Shown here one piece after another: positions 21,940-32,429 of a stretch of DNA of 64,000 bases. The stretch comes from Acidobacteriota bacterium (lineage in GTDB: Bacteria > Acidobacteriota > UBA6911 > RPQK01 > JAJDTT01): assembly GCA_965209055.1 (NCBI GenBank), contig OZ242374.1, forward strand, positions 1,760,001 to 1,824,000, read 5' to 3'. The position numbers and the translations under genes are program-made. The first letter of the stretch is position 1. Every line of letters starts with the position of its first letter. The notes under the pieces are model-generated. The model saw only the letters and a program-made list of their open reading frames with translations, searched no databases and was not told the origin of the DNA.

Positions 21940-24372
21940 TCAGTGGACGCCGGCTTGGTCTCCCCCCTCCAATTGAGGCGGCTGCGGTTCGTTCATGTAT
22001 TCATCCCGCTGCTGCCGACTCTTTCGATTGATGGGCGTTTCAAGTGCGATGTCAAGAACCTCGTCCATGGTATCGACGAGGACAATCTTGACCTTGTCCA
22101 GAACAGTGTCGGGGATCTCCTTCAGATCCTTCTTATTGTCTTTGGCCAGAATGACGGTTTCGATCCCGGCCCGGTGAGCCGCAAGAATCTTCTCCTTGAC
22201 GCCGCCGATGGGAAGCACCTTGCCCCGCAGGGTGATCTCCCCGGTCATGGCCACGTCGCGGCGCACCGCGATTCCCGTCAGGGCGGAGACGATGGTGGTG
22301 GCCATGGTGATGCCGGCCGAAGGGCCGTCCTTGGGGATGGCTCCTTCGGGCACATGGACATGCATGTCCAGAATCTTGTGAAAATCCTTGAGCAGGCTGT
22401 AGTCCGAACTTCGGGAACGAATAAAGGAAAGGGCCGCTTTCGCCGATTCCTGCATGACCTCGCCCAGCTTTCCGGTCAAGAGCAGATCGCCCTTGCCCTT
22501 CATGGTGGTGGCCTCGGTCAGGAGCACTTCCCCACCCACTTCGGTCCAGGCGAGACCTGTGGCCAGTCCGACTTCATTCGATTCCGCCGCCAGTTGGTTG
22601 CGGAACTTGTGAGGACCCAGGTAATCCCGGACCGTGCCGGGAGAAATGTCGAAGACCTGATCCTCCAGTTTGATCTTCTTCCGGGATAGAACCACCTTGT
22701 GCGCCACCTTGCGGCAGATGCTTCCGATCTCCCGTTCCAGGTTGCGAACCCCGGATTCGCGAGTGTAGAAGCGAATCAGCTCCAGGATCGCGTCATCTTC
22801 AAACCGGAGCGGCCTCCTTTTCAGGCCGTTCCGATCCAACTGCTTGGGTAACAGGTACTGGCGGCCGATCTTGAGCTTCTCCCATTCCGTGTAGCCGGAA
22901 ATCTCGATGATCTCCATGCGATCCTGCAACGGTCTGGGAATGCTGTGACGAACGTTTCCGGTGCAGATGAAGAGGACGTCGGAGAGATCGTATTCCGTAT
23001 CCAGGTAGTGGTCCACGAAGCTGTTGTTGTGCTCCGGGTCCAGGACCTCCATGAGGGCGGCTGACGGGTCGCCCCGGAAGTCCATGCTCATCTTGTCGAT
23101 CTCGTCCAGAAGCAACAGGGGATTCCGGGTGCCCGCCTTCTTCATCATCTGGATGATCTGTCCGGGCAGAGCTCCGATGTAGGTTCGCCGGTGTCCGCGA
23201 ATCTCCGCTTCGTCACGGACTCCGCCCAGCGAGAGGCGGACGAATTTCCTTCCCGTCGCCCGCGCGATGGACCGGCCCAGGGAGGTCTTTCCCACGCCGG
23301 GCGGGCCGATGAAACAGAGTATCGACCCGTTAGATCTCTTGCGGGAGAGCTGCCGGACGGCGAGATATTCCAAGATCCGCTGCTTGACTTTTTCCAGACC
23401 GTAATGGTCCGCTTCGAGCACTTTCTCGGCCCGCGAAATCTCGCGGATCTCACGGCTCCGCTTCTTCCACGGCATGGCGACGAGCCACTCGACATAGGTC
23501 CGGCTGACCGTGCTCTCGGCGCTCATGGGCGGCATGTGCTGAAGCCGCCGGATCTCGTTCATCGCCTTTTCTTTGGCGTCCTTGGGCATGGAGGCTTCTT
23601 CGATCTTCTTCTTCAGTTCCTCCAGTTCGTCCTTGTCCCCGCGCCCCAACTCTTCCTGAATGGCCTTGACCTTCTCGTTCAGGTAGTACTCCCGCTGCGC
23701 CTTCTCCATCTGCCGGCGCACGCGGCCCTGTACCGACCGGTCCATCTTGATCTTCTCGATCTCGATCTCGATGGACTCGCAGATCTTCGTCATCCGTTCC
23801 GCCGGGTCCACGATCTCCAGCAGAACCTGCTTGTCCTCGACCACGATGGGAAGGTTGGCGGCGACCGTGTCCGCGAGCCGCTCGGGCGTGGTCTTCCGAG
23901 TCGACTGCACGATGGTCTCGTAGCTGACGTTGGGATTCAGCTTGGCGAATTCCTCGAACAGCAGGTTCAGGCGCTTTGTGAGCAGGCTCATCTTGGCGCG
24001 GGAGACCACCGGAACCGGCTCCACTTCGACCTCGGCCCGAAAATAACCTGAGGCGCCGGACACGCGAACGGTCCGTGCGCGCTGGACCCCTTCCACCAGC
24101 ACTTTGATGTTTCCGTCGGGAAGCTTGAGGCTCTGGACGATGTTGGAAACGGTTCCGACCTCGTAGATGTCCGCGGAGGACGGACTGTCCTGCGACGCGT
24201 CCTTCTGGGTGGCCAGGTAGATCTTCTTGTCCGCCTTCAACGCCACTTCCAACGCCTTGACCGAGGAATCCCGCCCGATTACGAATGGGACCATCATCGC
24301 CGGGAAGACGACGACGTCGCGAATGGGAACCATGGGGTAACTCGCGGTGCGCCTGTCTTGGATTTCCGCCAT
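21940..24372 (-). CDS. lon: ATP-dependent protease La
   Basis: [43 protein letters not shown]. Confidence 0.98.
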   Translation of the reverse strand: MAEIQDRRTASYPMVPIRDVVVFPAMMVPFVIGRDSSVKALEVALKADKKIYLATQKDASQDSPSSADIYEVGTVSNIVQSLKLPDGNIKVLVEGVQRARTVRVSGASGYFRAEVEVEPVPVVSRAKMSLLTKRLNLLFEEFAKLNPNVSYETIVQSTRKTTPERLADTVAANLPIVVEDKQVLLEIVDPAERMTKICESIEIEIEKIKMDRSVQGRVRRQMEKAQREYYLNEKVKAIQEELGRGDKDELEELKKKIEEASMPKDAKEKAMNEIRRLQHMPPMSAESTVSRTYVEWLVAMPWKKRSREIREISRAEKVLEADHYGLEKVKQRILEYLAVRQLSRKRSNGSILCFIGPPGVGKTSLGRSIARATGRKFVRLSLGGVRDEAEIRGHRRTYIGALPGQIIQMMKKAGTRNPLLLLDEIDKMSMDFRGDPSAALMEVLDPEHNNSFVDHYLDTEYDLSDVLFICTGNVRHSIPRPLQDRMEIIEISGYTEWEKLKIGRQYLLPKQLDRNGLKRRPLRFEDDAILELIRFYTRESGVRNLEREIGSICRKVAHKVVLSRKKIKLEDQVFDISPGTVRDYLGPHKFRNQLAAESNEVGLATGLAWTEVGGEVLLTEATTMKGKGDLLLTGKLGEVMQESAKAALSFIRSRSSDYSLLKDFHKILDMHVHVPEGAIPKDGPSAGITMATTIVSALTGIAVRRDVAMTGEITLRGKVLPIGGVKEKILAAHRAGIETVILAKDNKKDLKEIPDTVLDKVKIVLVDTMDEVLDIALETPINRKSRQQRDEYMNEPQPPQLEGGDQAGVH

Positions 24373-24507
24373 ATTCGTATCGTGTCGCAAGCTAAAAGGT
24401 ACGGCCGCTTCTCATTGTAAGATGCAGCACTGCAGGATTCGTTTCAACAGCCGGCTTGCGGCCGGCCGAACCGGCAGGGCCGGCGAAAGAAATCCCCTTC
24501 AAATCCA

Positions 24508-25749
24508 CTATCCCGCCTTCTCGAGAACCCGAAACACCATTTCGCGGTTCTCCACCATCTCCTTGGTCACCACCAACTCCTCCGTCGTCTTGTTGGAGGG
24601 AAGTTCGTACATGAGGTCCAACATAAGATCCTCTACTACCAACCGCAAGCCGCGGGCTCCGATCTTGCTCTTCAATGCCAGGTCCGCAATGGCCCGCAGC
24701 GAGCCTTCGGTGAACCTCAGAGAGACGCCCTCGAACTCGAACATTCTCTGATATTGCTTCACCAGGGCGTTGCTGGGCCGGGTCAGGATCTCGACCAACG
24801 CTTCGCGGTCCAGATCGTGCAGCGTACAGACGATGGGGAGGCGTCCCACGAACTCGGGAATCAGGCCGAATTTGATCAGGTCCTCAGGCAGATTCTGGTT
24901 CAGGACTTCAGCAGCGCTTTCCTTCTTCCACCGATTGTCGCCGAGCGAGGATCGGAACCCCATGCCGCTCCGGCCCAGACGGCTTCGAATCAACTTCTCG
25001 AGACCGACGAAGGCGCCGCCGCAGAGAAACAGAATGTTCGTGGTGTCCACCTGAACGAATTCCTGGTGAGGGTGTTTGCGGCCTCCCTGAGGAGGGACGT
25101 TGGCCACGGTCCCTTCCAATATCTTGAGCAGGGCCTGTTGGACTCCCTCGCCCGACACGTCCCGCGTAATGGAGGGGTTCTCATCCTTGCGGGAGATCTT
25201 GTCGATCTCGTCGATGTAGATGATCCCCTGCATGCAACGCTCCCGGTCTCCCCCGGCGGCCTGCAGCAGGCGAAGAAGGATGTTCTCCACATCCTCCCCC
25301 ACGTAGCCGGCCTCGGTGAGCGTGGTGGCGTCGACAATGGCGAAGGGAACCGAGAGCATGCGGGCCAGCGTCTGCGCCAGGAGCGTCTTGCCCGTCCCGG
25401 TGGGACCGATGAGCAGCACGTTGCTCTTGGAAAGCTCCACGTTCTGGCGCCGCCGCCTGCCCAATTTGATCCGCTTGTAATGATTGTAGACGGCCACGGC
25501 CAACTTCTTCTTGGGGATCTCCTGACCTACGACGTACTGGTCCAGGAACTCCTTGATCTCCACCGGCTTGGGCAGGTTCTCCTTGATCGATGCCGCCTCT
25601 GCGGTCAGTTCATCGGCGATGATCTCGTTGCAGATGTCGACACACTCGTCGCAAATGAAGACTGACGGACCTGCGATCAGCTTCTTGACGTGTTTTTGGC
25701 TCTTGTTACAGAACGAGCACTGGAAAATGTCTTCCACATTCTTCTTCAC
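24508..25749 (-). CDS. clpX: ATP-dependent Clp protease ATP-binding subunit
   Basis: [14 protein letters not shown] zinc finger, [28 protein letters not shown]; GTG start after GGAG. Confidence 0.98.
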   Translation of the reverse strand: MKKNVEDIFQCSFCNKSQKHVKKLIAGPSVFICDECVDICNEIIADELTAEAASIKENLPKPVEIKEFLDQYVVGQEIPKKKLAVAVYNHYKRIKLGRRRRQNVELSKSNVLLIGPTGTGKTLLAQTLARMLSVPFAIVDATTLTEAGYVGEDVENILLRLLQAAGGDRERCMQGIIYIDEIDKISRKDENPSITRDVSGEGVQQALLKILEGTVANVPPQGGRKHPHQEFVQVDTTNILFLCGGAFVGLEKLIRSRLGRSGMGFRSSLGDNRWKKESAAEVLNQNLPEDLIKFGLIPEFVGRLPIVCTLHDLDREALVEILTRPSNALVKQYQRMFEFEGVSLRFTEGSLRAIADLALKSKIGARGLRLVVEDLMLDLMYELPSNKTTEELVVTKEMVENREMVFRVLEKAG

Positions 25750-25847
25750 TTGAGCTCCCCTGTTGACCACGAGCACCCGGGAACACCGGCCGGAGGGGTG
25801 GGTCCCGGCGAACGATTGTCAAAGCTGTCTGGGATGACCGATGTCCG

Positions 25848-26435
25848 TCAAGTGTGCTTCTCGATGGTCATGTCGATAATACCATACTCCTTGGCTTCCG
25901 GAGTCGCCATGATGAAGTCCCGGTCCACGTCCTTGGCGATCCGGCGCAGGGTCTGCTTGGTGTGCTTGGCCAGGATCCGGTTGGTGGTATCCCGCATTCT
26001 CAGGATCTCCCGGGCATGGATGTCGATGTCGGTCGCCTGACCCGACAGCCCCGACATGGTGGGCTGGTGGATCAGGATCCGGCTGTGCGGCAGAGCGAAC
26101 CGCTTGCCCGGGGCGCCGGCGGCCAGCAACAACGCCGCCATGGACGCCGCCTGCCCGATGCAGATGGTGGTCACATCGTTCTTGACGAACTGCATGGTGT
26201 CGTAAATGGCCAGACCCGCAGTAATCGAGCCTCCCGGGGAATTGATGTAGAGGGAGATGTCCTTGTCGGGTCCCTCGGCTTCCAGAAAGAGCAGTTGGGC
26301 GGTGACCAGGTTGGCCACGTTGTCATCGATGGGCGTGCCGACGAAGATGATGTTGTCCTTCAAGAGACGGGAATAGATGTCGTAGGCGCGCTCGCCGCGA
26401 TTGCTCTGCTCGACCACCATGGGGATCAAAGGCAT
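25848..26435 (-). CDS. clpP: ATP-dependent Clp protease proteolytic subunit
   Basis: [26 protein letters not shown]. Confidence 0.98.
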   Translation of the reverse strand: MPLIPMVVEQSNRGERAYDIYSRLLKDNIIFVGTPIDDNVANLVTAQLLFLEAEGPDKDISLYINSPGGSITAGLAIYDTMQFVKNDVTTICIGQAASMAALLLAAGAPGKRFALPHSRILIHQPTMSGLSGQATDIDIHAREILRMRDTTNRILAKHTKQTLRRIAKDVDRDFIMATPEAKEYGIIDMTIEKHT

Positions 26436-26558
26436 CCTGGATCTCCTCTCGTCGCTGCCCGCGTCCGGGGCCGTCGCGTCACCTCGTGAGAAAAGCGGTC
26501 AGGACGTCCGTCCGGACCCGCCCCGCGGGGGAAACCGCAATTGTTCGCTCTGCGCTCC

Positions 26559-27848
26559 TCATGCTTCGCTGACCGCCGAGTGCTCAACCAGCAGTTCCAG
26601 TGCCTTGCGGCGGAGGATTCGAGTCTCCAGATCCGCTTTCGACTCCCGGTCGTGGAACCTCTGCCGAATCTTCTCCAGCGGCTGGTTCAGGGCATCCGCC
26701 GTCTGCCTGAGTTCCGCCTCGAACTCCGCCGGCTCGACCTCCAGATTCTCATTCTCCGCAATCTCCGAAAGGATCAAGGCCGCCCGGGCCTCCTGCTCGG
26801 CGTCTTGGCGAAGGTCCTCGCGGATGCGATTCCAGTCCAGATTCGACTTGGAGGGATCCACTCCCTGCCGAGCCAAATTGTAGGCGACGTCACGAATCTT
26901 GTTGTCGATCCGGTCTTCCACCAGGACATCCGGCACCTGAAAGGGGCAGACTTCGGAAAGTCTCTGAACCAGTTGGCGCCGGATGTCGGAATTTCGCGCC
27001 TGTTGCCATTGGCTCGCGAGTCCTTGCCGGATCTGCTCCTTGAGTTGATCCAGATCGTCGAAGTCTCCCAGATCCTTGGCGAATTCGTCGTTCAGGTCCG
27101 GCGGGTCCTTGACCTTGATGTCGTTGAGTTGCAGGTTGAAGCGGACCCGGCGGCCGGCCAGCTTCTCCTCCGGATAGTCTTGGGGGTAGTCCACGACGAA
27201 GGTCTTCTCCTCACCGGCTTCCATTCCCAGCAGGGCCTGATTGAAATCGCGCTGGGTGCGCTCGTCTCCCACGCGAATGGTCGTGTTCTCCTGCCGAATG
27301 GCCTCATCTTCGCCGGGAACGTACCTGCCCAGCAGATCCACCACGGCGTAGTCCCCATCGCGGACCGAGTCCCGGTCCGGCGCCGAAATCAGGGGCGCAT
27401 GCCGGTCCCGGAGCTGCTCCAACTCCTGGTTCACCGATTCCTCGTCCGGAGCCTTCTTCTCCAGACGGACTTCCAACCCCCTGTATTCCGGAATCCGGAA
27501 TTCGGGCAGGGTCTCCACCAAAGCCTCGTACACCAGAGGCTCCCCCTCGTTCAGCTCCACTTGTTCCAGTTGCAACTGGCCGAGGGGCCGGATTTTCCTT
27601 TCCCGGATGGACTGGTCGTAGGACTCGGGGATCAACTTTCGCAGGACCTCCTGGCGGATGTCCTTCTGATACCGCCGTTTGACCAGCGCCACCGGAGCCT
27701 TTCCAGGACGGAACCCGGCTATCCTGGAGTGCCTCCGATAGGTCGTGGCCACCCGGTTGAACTCGGCGAGCACCGTTTCCACCGGCACTTCGACCCGCAA
27801 CTTCTTCTTGACCGGGCTGATCTCTTCCAGTTCCGTGCGGACGTTCAT
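26559..27848 (-). CDS. tig: Trigger factor
   Basis: GFRPGKAP ribosome-binding loop, FKBP-like middle domain, tig-clpP-clpX-lon synteny. Confidence 0.95.
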   Translation of the reverse strand: MNVRTELEEISPVKKKLRVEVPVETVLAEFNRVATTYRRHSRIAGFRPGKAPVALVKRRYQKDIRQEVLRKLIPESYDQSIRERKIRPLGQLQLEQVELNEGEPLVYEALVETLPEFRIPEYRGLEVRLEKKAPDEESVNQELEQLRDRHAPLISAPDRDSVRDGDYAVVDLLGRYVPGEDEAIRQENTTIRVGDERTQRDFNQALLGMEAGEEKTFVVDYPQDYPEEKLAGRRVRFNLQLNDIKVKDPPDLNDEFAKDLGDFDDLDQLKEQIRQGLASQWQQARNSDIRRQLVQRLSEVCPFQVPDVLVEDRIDNKIRDVAYNLARQGVDPSKSNLDWNRIREDLRQDAEQEARAALILSEIAENENLEVEPAEFEAELRQTADALNQPLEKIRQRFHDRESKADLETRILRRKALELLVEHSAVSEA

Positions 27849-27970
27849 GATCCAATGCCGACGCCCCGTTCAAGACGGGCTGCCAGGGCGGCACACATTC
27901 TAACAGCCCTCGGCAAACGCCGTGGCGATCGTGAAACAATGAAAGGGCACCCGCAAGGAGCCCCGACGCT

Positions 27971-28150
27971 ATGGCCGCCGATCGTGAGAGAGAACTCCTG
28001 GAAAAGAAGGCCGAGGCGCTGGACCGCATCCTGAACCTCTACCTGGAGCTGCAGCACTCGGCCTTCTACAGCCGCAACTGGGTCGAGCTGGCCGAGTTGA
28101 TGGAGGAGGAAGCCGCTCGGCTCGCCCAGGCTGAAGCGGGCGACGAATGA
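27971..28150 (+). CDS. Small hypothetical helical protein (59 aa, MAADRERELLEKKAEALDRILNLYLELQH...)
   Basis: AAGGAG SD, host-like GC3-rich codons, fills the gap between tig and the next gene; below the ORF-track cutoff. Confidence 0.65.
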   Translation: MAADRERELLEKKAEALDRILNLYLELQHSAFYSRNWVELAELMEEEAARLAQAEAGDE

Positions 28151-28162
28151 AGACCCGGCCGC

Positions 28163-29431
28163 TTAGGCGCTGACGATCCCTCCGATGTCGATGAGGTGCA
28201 TCTGCCGGCCCTCGCCGGTATGAGGCGAGTCGATGACGATCCTGTTCCCGTCGGGGCTGAAACGGGGATGCGTGTCCACTCGTCCCTCGCGGACGTACTC
28301 CGGCGGCGAGTAGAACCGGCCCAGCGGGACCCGCCTGCGCGTGGCCACGTGGTACAGATACACGTGCTGCATCCTTTGCGCGTCCGGATAGGTGTCGTTC
28401 AGGATCCACTCGCCTCCCGGCAGATAGGTGCAGTGCCCGTTGCCGGTCATGACACCCTCTCCCACCGTCTCGACCGCGCCTCCCGTCGCGTCTTCGAAAA
28501 GATAGAACCCCCACGGCCTTGATTCGGGCCGGGTCCAGGCAAGGATCGACTCCGGGTCCCTCCAGATGAAGTGCGACGTCAGGCCGGAGGCGTCGACGAT
28601 CCGGAGATCCGAGCCGTCGCGGCCGGCGGTGAACATTCTCGTGGCGCCGACGAACTTGGGAAATCCCCAGCGGTGAAGAAATATGAAACGGGCGCCGTCG
28701 GGACTGATCAAAAGGTGGTTGAAGTAGCTCTTGGCCTTGGCCAGATCGACGCCCGGCATCGGGATCCTGACGACTTGATCCACCGAGACCAGCAGTTCCC
28801 GGCGTCCGGTGTCCAGGTCGACACGGAAGATACCTGAGTCCCCGGGCGCCCCGACATTGCGGTAGGGGTCCTCCGGACCGGGATAGCCATAGGCGGGCCG
28901 CATGTCGCTGAGGCGGCGAAAGTCGGGTGTCACGGCCCAGCGCCCGTCCGGGCTGACCGTATAGACCGGATGAGGAACGGTTCGCAGTTGGCGCGTCTCG
29001 ATATCCAGGATGCGGCACACGAAGCGGTCCCGCTGCCGATCGTTCCAGAGGACTTCAGTCCTGGAGCCGGGCCGCCACTGGAGCATGCATCCCTGCTGCC
29101 AGCACCAGGCGCGGCTCTCTCCCAGTTCGATCCACCGGTCGCCGTCCTGCAGGTCGACCATGCCGATCCGGATCACGTCGGCGGGCGTGGGCGAGCGGTG
29201 TTCGAAATCGACTTCCATCCCCAGCACGAAACGCCCGGTGGGGTCGAACTCCAGTTTGTCGTAGTACCCGAACCAGTGATGCCTGGGACCGCGCGTGATG
29301 GCTCTCACCGGGGGCAGTTTGCGTCCGGCACCCGCCAATTCGGGCCGAGGGGAGGAGGCAAGCGCCAACAGGGCGGGAGCGGCGGATCTGAGCAGGTCGC
29401 GCCGGGTCAAGCTTGGTTTCGGCTCAGGCAT
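28163..29431 (-). CDS. Tat-exported TolB-like/oligogalacturonate-lyase-like beta-propeller protein
   Basis: TRRDLL Tat motif, FGYYDK, WCWQQGCMLQW, SPDG repeats, DTHPRFSPDG. Confidence 0.7.
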   Translation of the reverse strand: MPEPKPSLTRRDLLRSAAPALLALASSPRPELAGAGRKLPPVRAITRGPRHHWFGYYDKLEFDPTGRFVLGMEVDFEHRSPTPADVIRIGMVDLQDGDRWIELGESRAWCWQQGCMLQWRPGSRTEVLWNDRQRDRFVCRILDIETRQLRTVPHPVYTVSPDGRWAVTPDFRRLSDMRPAYGYPGPEDPYRNVGAPGDSGIFRVDLDTGRRELLVSVDQVVRIPMPGVDLAKAKSYFNHLLISPDGARFIFLHRWGFPKFVGATRMFTAGRDGSDLRIVDASGLTSHFIWRDPESILAWTRPESRPWGFYLFEDATGGAVETVGEGVMTGNGHCTYLPGGEWILNDTYPDAQRMQHVYLYHVATRRRVPLGRFYSPPEYVREGRVDTHPRFSPDGNRIVIDSPHTGEGRQMHLIDIGGIVSA

Positions 29432-29510
29432 GAGACGGCCCTTGACGCTGCAATCGAGATTGACTGCCCATGCACAGCCAGGGGTCCGCAAGAGTCGGCA
29501 ATCGAAAAAT

Positions 29511-29587
<77 letters not shown>

Positions 29588-29636
29588 AAGCTACCCCAGA
29601 AAGAAGCTCAGTTTAACAGACCGCCGCGCGCCGCGC

Positions 29637-30512
29637 CTACGCGGAGCCGGCGGCGGAAATGGCTTCGGCAACCACGTCCAGACACTCGAGCATGGCGGGG
29701 ACGGGATCTTCCTTGTCCCCTTCGAACTCCAGCGAGACGGGACCGAGAAACCCCAGTTTCCGAAAGGTCTGGAAGGCCTTGGCCACATCCAGCCTGCCCC
29801 GGCCCAGGACCACGTCATTCTCGTCCGCATCGAAGTCCTTGAGGTGAACGCCCAGGACCCGGCTTCCAAGGATCTCCAGAGCCGTCACCGGATCGACTCC
29901 GGCGCGGATGAAGTGCCCCAGGTCGGCACAAGCGCCGATGCGGGGGTCGAGGCCGTCGACCGCCTCCATGATCCATTCGGGACGCCGCCAGCGCTCGTCC
30001 TCGGGACCGTGATTGTGGATGGCGATCCGGATGTCGTATTGATCCACCAGCTTCTCCAGGCTGCTGAAGGCCCTTTTGGAAGGGTTCGCGCTGAGGACAC
30101 GGACGCCGAGATTCCGGGCCAGTCCAAAGATCGCCTCGTTTTTCTCGTGTTCGTCGGTGAAGCGCTCCACCCCGAACGCGTTCACGGTGATTCCCGCCTC
30201 CCGCAGCCGATCTCGAAAGCGGGCGATCTCCGCCTCGCCGGCGTTCTCCGGAAGGTGGCCTCTCCAGATCTCCACGTAGGGCAGATTCAACCGTTTCGCC
30301 TGTCCGAGAAAGTCCCCGATGGGCACGAAATGCCGAAGCGAATAGCTCTGGAACCCCATTTCGTAGTTCCCGTATTCGTGATCCGGTTCCGGCTGTTCCG
30401 GGGAGTCCGCCGGCGGCGAAGAGCAGCCCGAAAAGCCGGTGGCCAGGCCGGCTCCGGCAACGCCCAGGGACAAGTGCATCCAATCTCTCCGGTTCAACTG
30501 TTCCGTTAGCAT
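29637..30512 (-). CDS. Sugar phosphate isomerase/epimerase (xylose isomerase-like TIM barrel), Tat lipoprotein
   Basis: NRRDWM and FSGC lipobox, QSYSLR, IAIHNHGP, DLGH, VHLKD, SLEFE. Confidence 0.85.
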   Translation of the reverse strand: MLTEQLNRRDWMHLSLGVAGAGLATGFSGCSSPPADSPEQPEPDHEYGNYEMGFQSYSLRHFVPIGDFLGQAKRLNLPYVEIWRGHLPENAGEAEIARFRDRLREAGITVNAFGVERFTDEHEKNEAIFGLARNLGVRVLSANPSKRAFSSLEKLVDQYDIRIAIHNHGPEDERWRRPEWIMEAVDGLDPRIGACADLGHFIRAGVDPVTALEILGSRVLGVHLKDFDADENDVVLGRGRLDVAKAFQTFRKLGFLGPVSLEFEGDKEDPVPAMLECLDVVAEAISAAGSA

Positions 30513-30757
30513 CAGCGATCTCTCCTCCTCCGGGCGACGGCCTGTTTCGATGCCAGTCTACTACGAGAAGAGGAGAGTGTCGCAGCCTGTGAGACCGGCC
30601 GAATCGGCCTGGCCGGGGAAATTCGGTTCTCCCGGGGCCGTCGGCCCCGGGACCGGGAACGCCGCGTCTTGATCTCGTCCTGAATTTCCGGTTACCTTGT
30701 CTGGCGCCAGGGACCCCAGCGGGAAAACCATCCCCCTGAGTTCGAGGAAACCGGAAC

Positions 30758-31825
30758 ATGGCGACTCCCGGAACCCGCCGGAGAGATCTGCTCCATCCCC
30801 AACGCATGGCGGCTGTGGCCGCCGCAGCCCTGCCGCGTGTCCCTGCGGAAATCGAAGCCGTCCCGGATGAGCTGATCCGGGCCGGACGGCCGGCCATGGC
30901 CTGCCAATTCGAGATCTTCCTGTCGGCCCGGGACCGGGCTCGCATCATGACGGTCCACCGGGCCCTGGATCTGATCCAGGAGCTGGAAGGCCGGATGACC
31001 GTCTTTCGGGACGACAGCGAGATCTCCCGCCTGAACCGCCGCGCCTTCGAAGGCCCGGTCACCCTCGAGACCGGCCTCCTCGAGCTGCTGACCCTGGGAC
31101 GGAGGATTTCCAGCGAGACGGGAGGAGCCTTCGACATGACGGCCGGTCCCCTCTGGAAGGTCTGGGGTTTCTCCCGGCGCCGCGGCACCCTTCCCGATCC
31201 GGAGGCGGTCGAGAAGGCTCGAAGCCAGGTGGGCTACCGTTTCCTGGAATTGGACGCGTCGGCCGGGACCGTTCGCTTCCGGCGCCGCGGCCTTGAGCTG
31301 AATCTGGGAGCAATCGGAAAGGGGTACGCACTGGACCGCGCCGGCCGGCTGCTGCAGCGGGAAGGCATGGGCCGCGCTCTGCTCCACGCCGGTTACAGCA
31401 GCATTCTGGCGCTGGGAGAGGGCCCCGGAAAGGAACCGTCTCCGGGATGGAAGGTCAGCATCCGGGATCCGTTGGGACGGACCGGGCCGCTGGCAGCCGT
31501 GCAGCTTCGAAATCGGGCCCTCTCCACTTCGGGCGTGAGGGAGCAGTTCTTTCGGGCCGGGAATCGACGCTATGGCCATGTTCTGGACCCTCGGACCGGC
31601 CATCCGGTGGAGAAGAATCTTGCCGCCACGGCCCTGGCTCCCACGGCGGCGGAGGCGGACGCCCTTTCCACGGCTTTTCTGGTCATGGACCTGGACGATA
31701 TTTTGTCGTACTGTCGTCGGCGCCGGGGCATAGGAGCCGTCGTGGTCGCCGCTGATCCCCGGGATGGAGCCGTTCAGGTCCATCACTGGGGCCTGGACGC
31801 CGATCATCTGGAGGTCTTCCGTTGA
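30758..31825 (+). CDS. apbE: FAD:protein FMN transferase (ApbE family)
   Basis: AMAC, SEISRLN, GAFDMTAGPL, LNLGAIGKGYALD, STSG, GHVLDPRTG, ADALSTA. Confidence 0.92.
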   Translation: MATPGTRRRDLLHPQRMAAVAAAALPRVPAEIEAVPDELIRAGRPAMACQFEIFLSARDRARIMTVHRALDLIQELEGRMTVFRDDSEISRLNRRAFEGPVTLETGLLELLTLGRRISSETGGAFDMTAGPLWKVWGFSRRRGTLPDPEAVEKARSQVGYRFLELDASAGTVRFRRRGLELNLGAIGKGYALDRAGRLLQREGMGRALLHAGYSSILALGEGPGKEPSPGWKVSIRDPLGRTGPLAAVQLRNRALSTSGVREQFFRAGNRRYGHVLDPRTGHPVEKNLAATALAPTAAEADALSTAFLVMDLDDILSYCRRRRGIGAVVVAADPRDGAVQVHHWGLDADHLEVFR

Positions 31826-32322
31826 ATCGATTCAATCCACTCTCTCCGATCCACAAGTTCCTGCTGCTGGTGCTGCGTTTCTGCATCGGATGGCACCTTT
31901 TCTACCAGGGCGTGGGGAAGATCCTGGCTGTGAATTGGACCTCCCGCGGCTATCTGGAAAACTCCACGGGGCCTTTCTCCGGAATCTTTCACTGGATCGT
32001 GGAGAATCCTTCAATGCTGGCCCTGGCCGACGTCGGCACCAAGTGGGGACTCGTCATCTTGGGTCTGGGACTGATGTTGGGATTGTTCACCCGCCTGTCC
32101 GCCTTCGGGGGATTCGCGCTGCTCATGTTGTTCTACCTGGCTTCGCCGGCGCTGGTGTCGGACGGCTTCCTGGTCCAGTCGGCCGAAGGGACCGAGCTCT
32201 ACGTCACCAAGACGTTGATCGAGGCCTTGGCCCTGTCGCTGATTCTGGTCTTCCCCACCGGTCAGATCGCCGGTCTGGACATATTGGTCCGTCACTGGAC
32301 GACCAACCGGTTCAACAGGTAG
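31822..32322 (+). CDS. DoxX/DoxD-like membrane protein
   Basis: LRFCIGWHLFYQGVGK, GLGLMLGLFTR, four hydrophobic helices, GLD; TTGA overlap with apbE. Confidence 0.82.
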   Translation: MNRFNPLSPIHKFLLLVLRFCIGWHLFYQGVGKILAVNWTSRGYLENSTGPFSGIFHWIVENPSMLALADVGTKWGLVILGLGLMLGLFTRLSAFGGFALLMLFYLASPALVSDGFLVQSAEGTELYVTKTLIEALALSLILVFPTGQIAGLDILVRHWTTNRFNR

Positions 32323-32429
32323 CGGCCGGGCAGATCAAGGTTTTCCGGGTGGAGCAAGCGGGGACAAACCGCCGGCCTGATTGATAATATGGCAAGACCC
32401 GATCCGATCCGATCTCCATGGAGGTGGGT

